Part shown: piece by piece, positions 39,867-49,766 of the stretch
How positions within the stretch are numbered: position 1 is the stretch's first letter
Layout: each line of letters opens with the position of its first letter
Virus record (IMG/VR): IMGVR_UViG_3300027708_002747
Span: 20,682 to 84,681 of that record
Source: a virus
Direction: 5' to 3' (one strand)
DNA length: 64,000 nucleotides
The notes under the pieces: model-generated
Seen by the model: only the letters and a program-made list of their open reading frames with translations
What the model was told of the DNA's origin: nothing
Databases searched by the model: none
Program-made: the position numbers and the translations under genes

Positions 39867-40685
39867 TTAGAAATTATATAATTGTGACCTATGGATAAAT
39901 TCGTATTTCTGATTACCAAGTTCTTCAATCAGTTTTTTACCTGTATTCATACCAGCAAAAACTTCATGAACAACAACATATTCATTTGGTGTGTGATAAT
40001 TGTGATAACCAATTGAAAAGTTAATACAAGAGAAGTCAAACTTCTTACGAAGTTGCCAAACATCGGTGTAAGGGTGTTGCATATATTGTGGTTCAGACAA
40101 CATACCTTCAGAAAGAACTTTTTTAGCCTTTGACTCAAATTCAGAGTCCGTTTCAAAAACTTTAACACCATAACAATATTCTGTCACCATAAAATCGTGA
40201 GGTGCGTCAAACTGAATTGCATAACCCACATTACTAAAAAATTCAGGGTCTGCTTCTTTTGAACCCAAACAACCAACTTCTTCAGATACAAACAAAGCAA
40301 CTTTAATTACATCAAAAACTTCCAATAACTGAAGACAGGCAAACACTCCACACTTATCATCACCACCAATACCTGTTGGGTCACCAAAATCGTTATATGC
40401 TTTAAGTGATAAACTTGGATTACCTTTTGAGTCTTTAAGTTGTTCTTCATGGATATTGATTGTATCAATGTTATGAACCGTATCGGTATGTGCAACAATA
40501 CAAGGATAGGATTCACCCTCATTTATTTCACCCTTTGTAACATAAACATTTCCAAAGTCATCAACTTTGAAATTGTGTTTTTTTTCGGTTAAGTATTCAA
40601 CCAAAAATTCAATCATTAAATCTTCTTTAAATGATTTTGTAGGTATTGACAATACCTTTTTTAAGAAATTAACATTTTCTATCAT
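39867..40685 (-). CDS. M20/M28-family metallopeptidase
   Basis: 'AHTDTV', 'GGDDKCG', 'SEEVGC.GS', 'YTD', 'GYHNYHTPNE'. Confidence 0.85.
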   Translation of the reverse strand: MIENVNFLKKVLSIPTKSFKEDLMIEFLVEYLTEKKHNFKVDDFGNVYVTKGEINEGESYPCIVAHTDTVHNIDTINIHEEQLKDSKGNPSLSLKAYNDFGDPTGIGGDDKCGVFACLQLLEVFDVIKVALFVSEEVGCLGSKEADPEFFSNVGYAIQFDAPHDFMVTEYCYGVKVFETDSEFESKAKKVLSEGMLSEPQYMQHPYTDVWQLRKKFDFSCINFSIGYHNYHTPNEYVVVHEVFAGMNTGKKLIEELGNQKYEFIHRSQLYNF

Positions 40686-40712
40686 AGCTCATAAAGATAA
40701 GCTATTTTTTAA

Positions 40713-41792
40713 TTAAAACAATTCAGGATGATATAAAAAATTTAAGAAAGTATCATAATCAATTTTAACGGTTTGGTTAAATTCATTTTTACTATGATTA
40801 CTATATGTAATAAGTATTTTTCCGTCATCAACATCTCGAATTATGAATTTGTTTGGTGTCTTTTCCCCAAATGTTTTTTGTGAAGGAAATTCATACCATT
40901 TATTAAATTCACCATACTTTAACTTTGATAATTTTTCAAGTACTTCAGAGTTTTTACGATAAGAATCAATATTATCACTATTTTCAATTTTTTCCATGAT
41001 TTTATCAAGATTCCAAGTTACACTTCTGTTAAAACTTTCATCATCATAATTTTGATTATCAAAATAAGAATAATAATCTTCATATAAATCTTCATCAAAT
41101 TCTATCCCCAATTGCTCAATACTTGTTTTTAACATATCTGAAAGTTTAGCGTCTTTGTCTTCACCAGACTTATCCCAAGTATTTAAAAGAATTGACACAG
41201 TTGTCATGTAGAGATTGGTACATTTTTTCTCAAAGATATTTAAAGGAAGTAAAGCGTTACATAATTTAGATGTAACATATTGTCTTAATCCTTTAACCAA
41301 GGCTTCATCATATTCACTTGAATAATCGTAAATAATACTATCTATCTCATTTGAAAAATTATTTTTTAACCACTTACAAATTTCCATAACCTTATCGTTA
41401 TGTTCTGTTAAATTTTCTACGGAAAGACTAGGTCGTAATATTTTTACTATTTGTTTGACCCTATCTAAATTATCGTCATTGAAATAGTGTAGTAAATAAC
41501 CCTCATCCCAATCATAATCCATGGAATAATCATCAACAAAAACATTACCTCCATAATACGCCCCTTGGAAAGCAACTCTAATTAAATAACCGTTATTATT
41601 TTCATTACTATTTCTAGTGAAAAGGTCAATATAATCATTAGTATCAAATGTTAAATAAACCAAAGATTTACCAAGATTTTTTTCATTTACTCTCGTAATA
41701 CGTAAAATATCCTCATCGTCTTCGTACCTAACAAAATTTGCAGTAACTAAACCTTCCGTAAAATCTTTTAATGCCTGATAAAGTTGACTCAT
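40713..41792 (-). CDS. hypothetical protein
   Basis: 359-aa acidic ORF; late-type motif at 41807-41813. Confidence 0.65.
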   Translation of the reverse strand: MSQLYQALKDFTEGLVTANFVRYEDDEDILRITRVNEKNLGKSLVYLTFDTNDYIDLFTRNSNENNNGYLIRVAFQGAYYGGNVFVDDYSMDYDWDEGYLLHYFNDDNLDRVKQIVKILRPSLSVENLTEHNDKVMEICKWLKNNFSNEIDSIIYDYSSEYDEALVKGLRQYVTSKLCNALLPLNIFEKKCTNLYMTTVSILLNTWDKSGEDKDAKLSDMLKTSIEQLGIEFDEDLYEDYYSYFDNQNYDDESFNRSVTWNLDKIMEKIENSDNIDSYRKNSEVLEKLSKLKYGEFNKWYEFPSQKTFGEKTPNKFIIRDVDDGKILITYSNHSKNEFNQTVKIDYDTFLNFLYHPELF

Positions 41793-41866
41793 TAAACTTT
41801 TTTTTAATAAATACTTGGTAAAAGAAGAATATATTTATATCTTTACAACATAGTTCTTTGATTTAT

Positions 41867-42261
41867 GGGGATGTTTTTGGATTTGACAGGTATGAATCTG
41901 TCATAAAACGCACGTCGGGGCTAAACTAACCCTGTAAAACTGGTTTAAAACACAAACGGCAACACAATTGCAAAACTTTCTACACTCGGTTTAATCCGTA
42001 CTGAAGAAGTAACTGTAGCCTAATCTAAGATTAGTATACAACGGGGTCGGTGAGCATATAACCTTGCAACAGAAGCTTGTACCGTGGTGTGGTTTCTATC
42101 CGAAAAGGAACAAAGTGGAGGATTAGTTCTCAGTAAACCGAACCACTATAAAATAAGGGAATTGTGAAGTTTCGGATTGTTTAGAAAAACAATGACCTAA
42201 ACGTGTAGTGTTTTATGGTCGACATATTTGGACCGGCGTTCGAGTCGCCGCATCTCCACCA
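41867..42261 (+). ncRNA. ssrA: tmRNA
   Basis: 5' GGGGATG pairs with 3' CATCTCC-ACCA (G3:U alanine identity); 'GGATTTGAC' D-loop analogue; T-arm CGGCG-TTCGAGT-CGCCG; internal tag ORF 41958-42023. Confidence 0.92.
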
Positions 42262-42265
42262 ATTT

Positions 42266-42292
42266 AAAAGGGACTTTTCAGTCCCTTTTTTT
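42266..42292. terminator. bidirectional terminator after tmRNA
   Basis: AAAAGGGACT-tttc-AGTCCC-T7. Confidence 0.8.
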
Positions 42293-43244
42293 ATTTTATA
42301 AATCTTTTAAAGTTTTTTAGTTCTTCTGTTAAACTTACCTCTTTTTCTTCTTCTTTTTTCTTAGCTTCCTCTTCTTTTTTCTTAGCTTCCTCTTCTTTTT
42401 TCTTAGCCTCCTCTTCTTTTTCTATTTCTTTTGTAATTTCTTTAGCGGAATCAACAAATTCCGAAATTGGAATACCTAAAAACAAAGAACTACAAAACTT
42501 ATCTTTTTTTGTTACATATTTTTCACCAATATATTTAACTAAATCATTAAAGTGTTTTTCACAATCAGATTCAGTTTTTATTTCAGCTATTTTTTTAACA
42601 CCAAAATTATTTAACATTTTATTAAATTCAGAATCAATTTCTGATTGTGACATAGTCAACCATTCTGGTTCAGGTTCAGGAAATTCAAAGTTCACTAAAT
42701 CTGATGATGGGACTGAATTACAAAATTGTGAGGTGTATCTACTTTCGTCACCCTTACTCTCAGAATATGAAATATGAAAATGAACTTCTGTTGAATGTGG
42801 TGTAGGGTGTCGATACTCATCAATAAAAGTAAATCCAGGTATAGATTTTTTAGCAGCACATAAAAGAGTTGATATTTTATCCAACATTTCATCATCTGAT
42901 TTTTTAACACCTGTAAAAACTATATCATTTGCATTACCCTTATTATGTCGACTGCTTGGATAATCACTATGGAATTTATCCCTACCAGAACCAAAAGTTA
43001 TTTCTAAATCAGGCATTTCTTTTTTAAACGCTGAGGATACTTTTTTCAAAACATTTGCAAATTCAGGAGTAATATCCCCAATTTCATCTAGCGTTGGTTT
43101 AACTTTATACCCTATATTACTTAAATGTGTTCTAACACCATTAGCATTAACGTGAGTTGATTTATCAACTTCCGCTTCAAGTAAAACATTTCTTAATTTT
43201 TTAATTTCAGAAATAACTTCTTTATGACTATTAATCTTATTCAT
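42291..43244 (-). CDS. LAS/M15-like zinc peptidase (putative peptidoglycan hydrolase)
   Basis: 'SRHNKGNANDI' (Hx6D) and 'HFHIS' (HxH); C-terminal KKKEEEA repeats. Confidence 0.65.
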   Translation of the reverse strand: MNKINSHKEVISEIKKLRNVLLEAEVDKSTHVNANGVRTHLSNIGYKVKPTLDEIGDITPEFANVLKKVSSAFKKEMPDLEITFGSGRDKFHSDYPSSRHNKGNANDIVFTGVKKSDDEMLDKISTLLCAAKKSIPGFTFIDEYRHPTPHSTEVHFHISYSESKGDESRYTSQFCNSVPSSDLVNFEFPEPEPEWLTMSQSEIDSEFNKMLNNFGVKKIAEIKTESDCEKHFNDLVKYIGEKYVTKKDKFCSSLFLGIPISEFVDSAKEITKEIEKEEEAKKKEEEAKKKEEEAKKKEEEKEVSLTEELKNFKRFIK

Positions 43245-43271
43245 ATATTTTTTTGTATATTTATAAATATT

Positions 43272-44039
43272 ATGGAAAACAATAAATTAATTAGAATAGC
43301 TCAAAAGTTATCTTTATCCATTAAAGATACAAATGTAGCACAAATATCAATAAAATTAAATCACAGTAAAGGCCCGTATCAACAAATGATGTCCGTGTTA
43401 GAAGGATGGGATTTTGTTAAATTGGTATTTTTAATCGGCGCCATTAATAATGGTGAAAAAGAATTTGAATCAATATTATGGAAAGTAGATAACGAAAGAT
43501 TTACCTACGCAATTGCCAATGTATTTGATGATGAAGTTCAGGAAAGCTGTGATTACTGTGGTGGTGATGGTGAGATTAGTTGTAGTGACTGTGATGGTGA
43601 TGGTGAAGTAGAATGTTCTGATTGTGGTGGTAGTGGTGAAGACGATGAAGGTGAAACATGTTCAAATTGTGATGGTAGTGGTAAACTTGAGTGCGATACC
43701 TGTGGGGGTAGCGGTCATGAAGATTGTTATGACTGTGGTGGCACAGGTGAACAACAAAAAAGTGATGCTTACGAATTAAAATTAGACATTTATTTTAGCA
43801 TTAATGAAGAATTAAAATTAGAACTTAGTAAACTTAACAGATATGACAAAATTGACTCTGACACAATCACAGATTATGAAGATACAAATGAAACTATATT
43901 AGTATATGCACTACCGATGGCAATAGAAGTTGAGACAAATGAAGAATTAGAATATAATACCGAATATTTTTATGAAATAGATACTACAGGATGGGTTGGA
44001 GGTAAATGTGACAAACTAAACTTTGATTTAGATTATTAA
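43272..44039 (+). CDS. protein with six DnaJ-type CxxCxGxG zinc-finger motifs and no J domain
   Basis: CDYCGGDG, CSDCDGDG, CSDCGGSG, CSNCDGSG, CDTCGGSG, CYDCGGTG; no HPD. Confidence 0.75.
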   Translation: MENNKLIRIAQKLSLSIKDTNVAQISIKLNHSKGPYQQMMSVLEGWDFVKLVFLIGAINNGEKEFESILWKVDNERFTYAIANVFDDEVQESCDYCGGDGEISCSDCDGDGEVECSDCGGSGEDDEGETCSNCDGSGKLECDTCGGSGHEDCYDCGGTGEQQKSDAYELKLDIYFSINEELKLELSKLNRYDKIDSDTITDYEDTNETILVYALPMAIEVETNEELEYNTEYFYEIDTTGWVGGKCDKLNFDLDY

Positions 44040-44653
44040 ATCAAAAAGTTTTTTACTGATTCGGTGTCTTTTCTAAAATCTTCTTTGAAATTCTTTGTAA
44101 ACTCTTCATTTTCACAATATACTTCAACATGTTCACTGAACACCCAATCCATACAAAGAAGAGCAATTAAATGATTTTCTCTGTCCATAATTGGTAATGA
44201 AACCATAGATTGTGTTCCAAATTTTTTAATTAAAGCTCTTGTTGCAATATCAGGGATAAGTTCACAATCGTGAATAAATAATCCGTCGTTCATAGTTTGT
44301 TTAATCAACCAATTATAGTGACTTACAAACACATTTTGTATTTTTTCAGTTATTCTTTCAAGTCCATCAGAACATCTTTCATATGTTACAGACGCTTTTT
44401 GCATTGCTGATGATGTATAGAAATTTCCACCATTATGAAATTGGATAACATATATTCTATCCGCATTATATTTTCTTCTTATTTCTCTTAAAGTAGAGTG
44501 AACAATTTCGTCTGTCTCTATTTGTTGTGAAAGTTTGTTTCTTGAGTTTTGTTTCGCTCTTTTTTCTTTCATCATGTTAAAAAACCCCGCAGTTATTAAT
44601 GCAATGACAATTGATGTAACTGAGGTAATGATTGTTGGTATTATTTCCTTCAC
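44036..44653 (-). CDS. single-TM protein with a GAF-like domain; T4 holin T-like candidate
   Basis: N-terminal TM helix, then 'ADRIYVIQFHNGG...S.TYE' and 'SLPIMD....IALLCMDW'. Confidence 0.55.
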   Translation of the reverse strand: MKEIIPTIITSVTSIVIALITAGFFNMMKEKRAKQNSRNKLSQQIETDEIVHSTLREIRRKYNADRIYVIQFHNGGNFYTSSAMQKASVTYERCSDGLERITEKIQNVFVSHYNWLIKQTMNDGLFIHDCELIPDIATRALIKKFGTQSMVSLPIMDRENHLIALLCMDWVFSEHVEVYCENEEFTKNFKEDFRKDTESVKNFLI

Positions 44654-44704
44654 CTTTCTTTCTTTAAATTTTTATATCACTGATTAATAAATATTAGTGA
44701 AAAT

Positions 44705-44731
44705 AAAAAAGGGTAAAAAATTACCCTTTTT
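44705..44731 (-). terminator. terminator downstream of the tRNA
   Basis: A6-GGGTAA-aaaa-TTACCC-T5. Confidence 0.7.
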
Positions 44732-44741
44732 AAAACAATAG

Positions 44742-44813
44742 TAGTTCCGCTTGGACTCGAACCAAGAATAGAAGATTAGAAATCTACTGTGATATCCCTT
44801 TCACCACGGAACC
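44742..44813 (-). tRNA. tRNA-Arg(UCU), CCA not encoded
   Basis: Reverse complement GGTTCCG...GTAGA-TT-TCT-AA-TCTTC...CTTGG-TTCGAGT-CCAAG-CGGAACT-A; TATATTTG promoter at 44822-44829 on the minus strand. Confidence 0.88.
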
Positions 44814-44848
44814 ATATGTCACAAATATAGGTAAAATTTGTTACAATA

Positions 44849-45025
44849 TTAAAGTTGTTTGACAATATACTTATGACCTGAATCAGAATTTTTCTCAAAT
44901 AATTCTTTTGTTATTTCAGCTTCTTCATAGGTATTAAACTCCAAGATTTCATCATGGATGTTTAGAAGGATGACAGGCATCTCAACCCCTTTTTTGTTTT
45001 TTATAAATTTAACGATTACAAACAT
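44849..45025 (-). CDS. small hypothetical protein (58 aa, absent from the ORF track)
   Basis: MFVIVKFIKNKKGVEMPVILLNIHDEILEFNTYEEAEITKELFEKNSDSGHKYIVKQL; starts 2 nt after the upstream stop. Confidence 0.65.
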   Translation of the reverse strand: MFVIVKFIKNKKGVEMPVILLNIHDEILEFNTYEEAEITKELFEKNSDSGHKYIVKQL

Positions 45026-45027
45026 AA

Positions 45028-45279
45028 TTAATATCCAAAATGTGTTCCACTATAATTATCCCATTCGTCATCAAACGAAAATTTCACTTTATCATATTTT
45101 TCAATAATAACAGATGATTGTTCTTCTATAAAGTTTGGATTTAGAACAAATTCTTTCCATGTATAAAAATCATATAAACTTTCTAATACTTCCAAAGGAA
45201 CTAATATAAGTTTATCATGAGTCAATCCCTTAACATCATTTCTGTATTTTTCTGATATTTGTATTTTGTTTTCTGACAT
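45028..45279 (-). CDS. hypothetical protein
   Basis: 83-aa ORF. Confidence 0.55.
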   Translation of the reverse strand: MSENKIQISEKYRNDVKGLTHDKLILVPLEVLESLYDFYTWKEFVLNPNFIEEQSSVIIEKYDKVKFSFDDEWDNYSGTHFGY

Positions 45280-45317
45280 AACAATTTAAGTATAATTATA
45301 CTTATTGGTAAATTCAA

Positions 45318-45349
45318 TTTGTCCTAATAAATTTTTATTAATATCTTTG
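45318..45349 (+). promoter_or_regulatory. Bacteroidota sigma70-type promoter
   Basis: TTTG(45318-21)-N20-TATCTTTG(45342-49). Confidence 0.65.
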
Positions 45350-45354
45350 TGATT

Positions 45355-45843
45355 ATGAATGGAGTATTAGTTCTTAATTCAGATTATAGTCCCTTAAATG
45401 TAACATCGTTTAATCGTGGGTTTAATTTAGTCTATAAAGGAAAAGCAGAGGTTGTTAAATCATCTGACGAGCCAGTCGTATGTGGTATTGTAAAACTTGT
45501 TAGACCCGTTATTATTAGGCTTTTAAACTACGTTTCAATCACTCGTAGACGTATTCGTGTTAATCGTCACAGAATCATGAGACGTGACAACAATGCTTGT
45601 GTTTATTGTGGTAGTAAAAAAGACCTTACAATCGACCATATCGTGCCTAAATCAAAAGGTGGAGGTAATACATGGGATAACCTAGTTACGTGTTGTATAA
45701 CGTGTAATTCAAAGAAAGGAGACAAGTTATTGGGTGATACTAATATGAGGTTAATGAAAAAACCCACAGAACCTACCATATTTTCGGATTCCGTGGGTCA
45801 GTCTTTACAAAAAATTTGGGTTGATTTCCAAAAAAGTTTTTAG
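45355..45843 (+). CDS. HNH endonuclease (McrA-like)
   Basis: 'VLVLNSDY.PL', 'RDNNACVYCG', 'TIDHIVPKSKGG..TWDNLVTCC..CN.KKG'. Confidence 0.9.
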   Translation: MNGVLVLNSDYSPLNVTSFNRGFNLVYKGKAEVVKSSDEPVVCGIVKLVRPVIIRLLNYVSITRRRIRVNRHRIMRRDNNACVYCGSKKDLTIDHIVPKSKGGGNTWDNLVTCCITCNSKKGDKLLGDTNMRLMKKPTEPTIFSDSVGQSLQKIWVDFQKSF

Positions 45844-47279
45844 ATTGAACTTTTTAATTTTTCAATGTAACTTTTTTTCATATCTGAAGAAGTTTCAATT
45901 GTTGTGTTTTTTAAATCTTCTAATGATTGTTTAACCTTTTGAGATATTTGATGTGTTAAATCGTCCAAAGTTGTTCTTGAGGCAGCAAGTTTAGCGATTG
46001 TGTTTCTAACAATAGTTTCCAATCCATCACCTGATGGGTCACTAATTTCAATAAAACTTTCAGGTAAAATTGATACAATTGTTTCTGAGACATACTGAGG
46101 GTCAATCATTTTTTTAGCATCTTCTTTTGGTAAATTTTTAAATGTATCACTAATTTTTTTACCAATTTCTGAATTTGGCTCAATTTGTAATTTATTTAAA
46201 ATAAATTGTATACCTTTTTCAATAAAAGTTTCTTCATGTCCTCCAAACACTGAATTAAATGCAATATCAAAATCACCTAATTCTGACTCATTTAATGTCT
46301 TTAAAACACCACCATTAAAGTAGGTGTCAAAAAATTTTCTGTATGATTCGTTGAAGAAATATTTTGAATTTTCTTTTAAACTTATTTTTTTGTTTAATTT
46401 AGATATTTTTAATTTTTCTTTAACATTTTCAGAAATTGTTTTATTTGTTTTCATTTCTTTTAATTTTTTCTTAATTTTTAGTTTTCTCTCAATTAAATGA
46501 GTAGTTACTGACTCTTGTAACGTTTGTATCCATTCATCGTACCATTTAACTCCTTCAGGTTTTGTATTCGCAATCCATTTAACAACAGGATTTTTATGTA
46601 ATCCTTTTTTGTTTTTTTCAGCCCATTTTAAATCGTTATCAATAGTTGGGTCACACAAATCCATCATTTTGCTATCTAAAAGATACTTGTATTTAGTATT
46701 AAAATTAACGACCATTTTATATGCGGCATCATCTCTTTCATCATCGGTACTATAATCATTAATAAAATAATTATCTGTTTCCCATGGATTACAATCCATT
46801 TCAAGTACACTAGGTTTTAAACTATTTGTATAAATGTCACTAATTGTATGACCCTTTAAACCTGGAAACGTGTTAGAATCATAAACATGATTCCAAACTT
46901 TTTTCATTGTTGAATTACAATAACTTAATGTTTTAGTACCTTTTTCACTTAGTTCATATTTTTTTGCAATTTCAGGAAATTGTTTGTTTACATACTTTCT
47001 AAAAATATCACCTGCTTCTGTGTCACAATCTTTAGAGTCATTACATCTAAAAACCATTCCTTCACTCGGTTTCCATTCACATCCTGTAATGTCATTTTTT
47101 TCAGGTGACGGAGATGGTTTTGGTGGAGATGGTTTTGGTTTTGTTTTACATGATGAAGGACTATAATAAAATTTTCCATCAACTTGTTTTGTTTTACAAT
47201 GTGAAAATTTTTTAATCGAATCAGGAGCGACAAGAACCCAATCACTTTGTTCTAATAATATTTTATTTATCAAATTCAT
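45840..47279 (-). CDS. hypothetical, probable virion-internal protein
   Basis: 'MNLINKILLEQ' leader; internal LQE/ISE/LKE/LNE sites. Confidence 0.55.
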   Translation of the reverse strand: MNLINKILLEQSDWVLVAPDSIKKFSHCKTKQVDGKFYYSPSSCKTKPKPSPPKPSPSPEKNDITGCEWKPSEGMVFRCNDSKDCDTEAGDIFRKYVNKQFPEIAKKYELSEKGTKTLSYCNSTMKKVWNHVYDSNTFPGLKGHTISDIYTNSLKPSVLEMDCNPWETDNYFINDYSTDDERDDAAYKMVVNFNTKYKYLLDSKMMDLCDPTIDNDLKWAEKNKKGLHKNPVVKWIANTKPEGVKWYDEWIQTLQESVTTHLIERKLKIKKKLKEMKTNKTISENVKEKLKISKLNKKISLKENSKYFFNESYRKFFDTYFNGGVLKTLNESELGDFDIAFNSVFGGHEETFIEKGIQFILNKLQIEPNSEIGKKISDTFKNLPKEDAKKMIDPQYVSETIVSILPESFIEISDPSGDGLETIVRNTIAKLAASRTTLDDLTHQISQKVKQSLEDLKNTTIETSSDMKKSYIEKLKSSI

Positions 47280-47285
47280 ATATAA

Positions 47286-49745
47286 TTAGTATGGTATAAA
47301 TGTATTATTTTTATATATAAAATTAACTATTGTTTTATTTGTATCATCATTTTTATAAGCAGTTCCGACACCTGTTTCATTATATGGGGTTGCAATCGTA
47401 TAACCATTTATTCTTGCCCAATTTTCAAATCCTTTTGGTGTACCGTCAATTTTATTTAATTCTTTCTCCGCCATTTTTTGTTTTCTTTTGTTCATTAAAC
47501 AATTATACATATTAACTTCTGCCGACTTACCATTTTTATCGACAAAACAATAATCTTCTTGTAACATCTTGTCATATTTTTTCTTCGTTGCGTCAATCTG
47601 TTTCATTAATTCATTTAGAGCGATTGTTTTTGCTTCTGGAACACCACCCCCACCAATCATAACACGCCAAATTTTATCACTCCAAAACTTTATATCATCT
47701 ACGTAAGTTTCTGTAACTATACCGGCCATATCTAAACCTGCTCGAATAAGTGTTGGTCGATACGATGCTTCAATTTCGTCCGGATTTGGAGCAACATATA
47801 ACTGTTGAAGTAAGTCATTTATTTCTTTGCATTCTTCATCAGTTCCGATTTTTTCAATAGTTTCACCATCCACAACAGTTGGTTCACAAATTAATTTTTT
47901 AAAGTCCTCAAAGTTTTTAAGAGCTTCAAGTCTTTGAGAATTTTCTAAACCACCAGTACCCAAAGACGCTAACCAAGGATATGCTAAAGTAGTCCAAACC
48001 AAAAGTTTAAACCCTCTCTCAAAATATATTCCTGACCTACCACCTAACGCAAATATTTTTCTATAAACATCAACACTGTTAGGACTTGTTGTTAATGCAA
48101 ACCTTCCCCAACTTTTAAGGAAATCACCAAAAAAATAACTTCCAACCTTTAATTTGTTTACTTTTCCTTCAGTTAAAAATAATTCTTTCCATCTGTTTAT
48201 ATTTAATATTCCTGTCATTTCTCCATAACCTCTAAACATTATTTTTACCGCCTTACCAAAGTTTTTTTGGAAATCCACACTAAGTGAATCGGCCAGTTCT
48301 TTAAATTCAGGTGATTCAATAAGTCTTTTAAATTCAACACTTTCTTTTTCTAAACCATATGATAAAAGATTATTTTCTAACCAGCTTGCCGCAGATTTAC
48401 CTGATATGTCACTTTTGTTTAATAAAACCATTAAATTTCTTATAGTATCAAAATTACCGGAAATAGTTTTTGGACCCTTTTCGTCACCGATTATTTTTTT
48501 CGCCATTAATTGTACTTCCCTATCTAATCTTTGATATAGTTCTTCTAATGTACCATACGGTGTCATTAGTTTTATTCTAGTTATAACATTCTCTAAAAAG
48601 TACTTAAGGAAATTTGGACCTTCCAATGACCCAAAAGTTTTTAAACCTTCTATCGCTTTTTGTAAACCTTCAATTTTATCAAAAGGTAACTTACTCGCCA
48701 ATTTATACACTTTAGCAATATTTTCAAATTCTTTTGTCAATATTTCGTCTACAATATTATAATCAAAATCAGAAATTTCTTCTTTAACGACTGAATCCCA
48801 CTCTTTATTTTTTGAAGTTTTTGACATAATTGATTTTAAAAACCCAGGTAGATTTACTTCACCCGCAGAATTAACATAACCTAATTTTTTTAATAAATTT
48901 TTAAAATATTCATTTACAAATTCTGAATTTTTTTTAAGTGCTGGAATTATTTTACTTAATAAACTTTCTGGTAAATCGTTAAATGCTATTTTTTTATCAA
49001 TAAATTTTTTTAGTTGTTCAAACTCTTGAACAGTAAATGTAGTTCCATTACTCAATATATCAGTACTACCTCTAATTGGTCCGTAATTAGTTAAAAATAA
49101 GTCATTAATTTTATCACGTAAGAAATTTCTATTTTGAGTTATAAATTTAACAGTATCAATATTATTAGGTAAATCATTTAGTTTAAAAACATCAATTAAT
49201 ATTTTTTTATATTCTTCATCAACACCTTTTAAATTATTAATCTCTTTTTTAAGTTTTTTTAATGCGTTTAAAGTATCTTGATATAAAACAGCATCTTTTT
49301 TTGCTACTGTAGTAGTTAGTTTAGTAACTAATGTTGAACATTCATCCGCTAACTCAGATAAATCAGGATATATTTGACGTAATGTTCCTCTCATTACCGT
49401 TTCAATTTCTTTTCTTAAAGTAACATCAGAGTTTTTAATTAAATTCTTAAACATTTCTTCAAGAGGTACCTCATTCAAAATATCATCTCCCCACTTTTCA
49501 TACTTAATTGCACTAATAATCTTATTAACTAAATTAGTTTCAACAGATTCGCTACTAGCCGATAATAAACTTTCTCTAACTGTTCTCCCAAGTTTTTGTA
49601 AGTCCATATTTTTTAGAGCGTCAATATCAAAAAGATTTTTTAATATTTTTTGAGTTAAACTTTTTGGTAGACTAACTTCCAAAATTAATGTTAATCCCAT
49701 TATTTCTCTAACTCTATTAACTTCGTTTAATAATTGTGTTTTCAT
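47286..49745 (-). CDS. large helical protein with a hydrophobic segment, probable ejection/internal protein
   Basis: 'MKTQLLNEVNRVREIMGLTLILE' leader; late motif at 49750-49756 favours the second Met. Confidence 0.55.
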   Translation of the reverse strand: MKTQLLNEVNRVREIMGLTLILEVSLPKSLTQKILKNLFDIDALKNMDLQKLGRTVRESLLSASSESVETNLVNKIISAIKYEKWGDDILNEVPLEEMFKNLIKNSDVTLRKEIETVMRGTLRQIYPDLSELADECSTLVTKLTTTVAKKDAVLYQDTLNALKKLKKEINNLKGVDEEYKKILIDVFKLNDLPNNIDTVKFITQNRNFLRDKINDLFLTNYGPIRGSTDILSNGTTFTVQEFEQLKKFIDKKIAFNDLPESLLSKIIPALKKNSEFVNEYFKNLLKKLGYVNSAGEVNLPGFLKSIMSKTSKNKEWDSVVKEEISDFDYNIVDEILTKEFENIAKVYKLASKLPFDKIEGLQKAIEGLKTFGSLEGPNFLKYFLENVITRIKLMTPYGTLEELYQRLDREVQLMAKKIIGDEKGPKTISGNFDTIRNLMVLLNKSDISGKSAASWLENNLLSYGLEKESVEFKRLIESPEFKELADSLSVDFQKNFGKAVKIMFRGYGEMTGILNINRWKELFLTEGKVNKLKVGSYFFGDFLKSWGRFALTTSPNSVDVYRKIFALGGRSGIYFERGFKLLVWTTLAYPWLASLGTGGLENSQRLEALKNFEDFKKLICEPTVVDGETIEKIGTDEECKEINDLLQQLYVAPNPDEIEASYRPTLIRAGLDMAGIVTETYVDDIKFWSDKIWRVMIGGGGVPEAKTIALNELMKQIDATKKKYDKMLQEDYCFVDKNGKSAEVNMYNCLMNKRKQKMAEKELNKIDGTPKGFENWARINGYTIATPYNETGVGTAYKNDDTNKTIVNFIYKNNTFIPY

Positions 49746-49766
49746 TACCATAAATATACAGGTCGA

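Noticed and set aside
41959-41994. Alternative tmRNA tag frame starting at GCA 41959 (ATQLQNFLHSV)
   Set aside because: The GGC frame ends in Ala-stop within the expected hairpin and matches the Gly resume codon typical of Bacteroidota.
44742-44813. tRNA as an amber suppressor (CTA in the anticodon loop) or TAG recoding of the genome
   Set aside because: The 7-nt loop TT-TCT-AA centres on TCT (Arg). ORFs are intact and dense under code 11, and TAG terminates genes normally (e.g. 45843, 53610).
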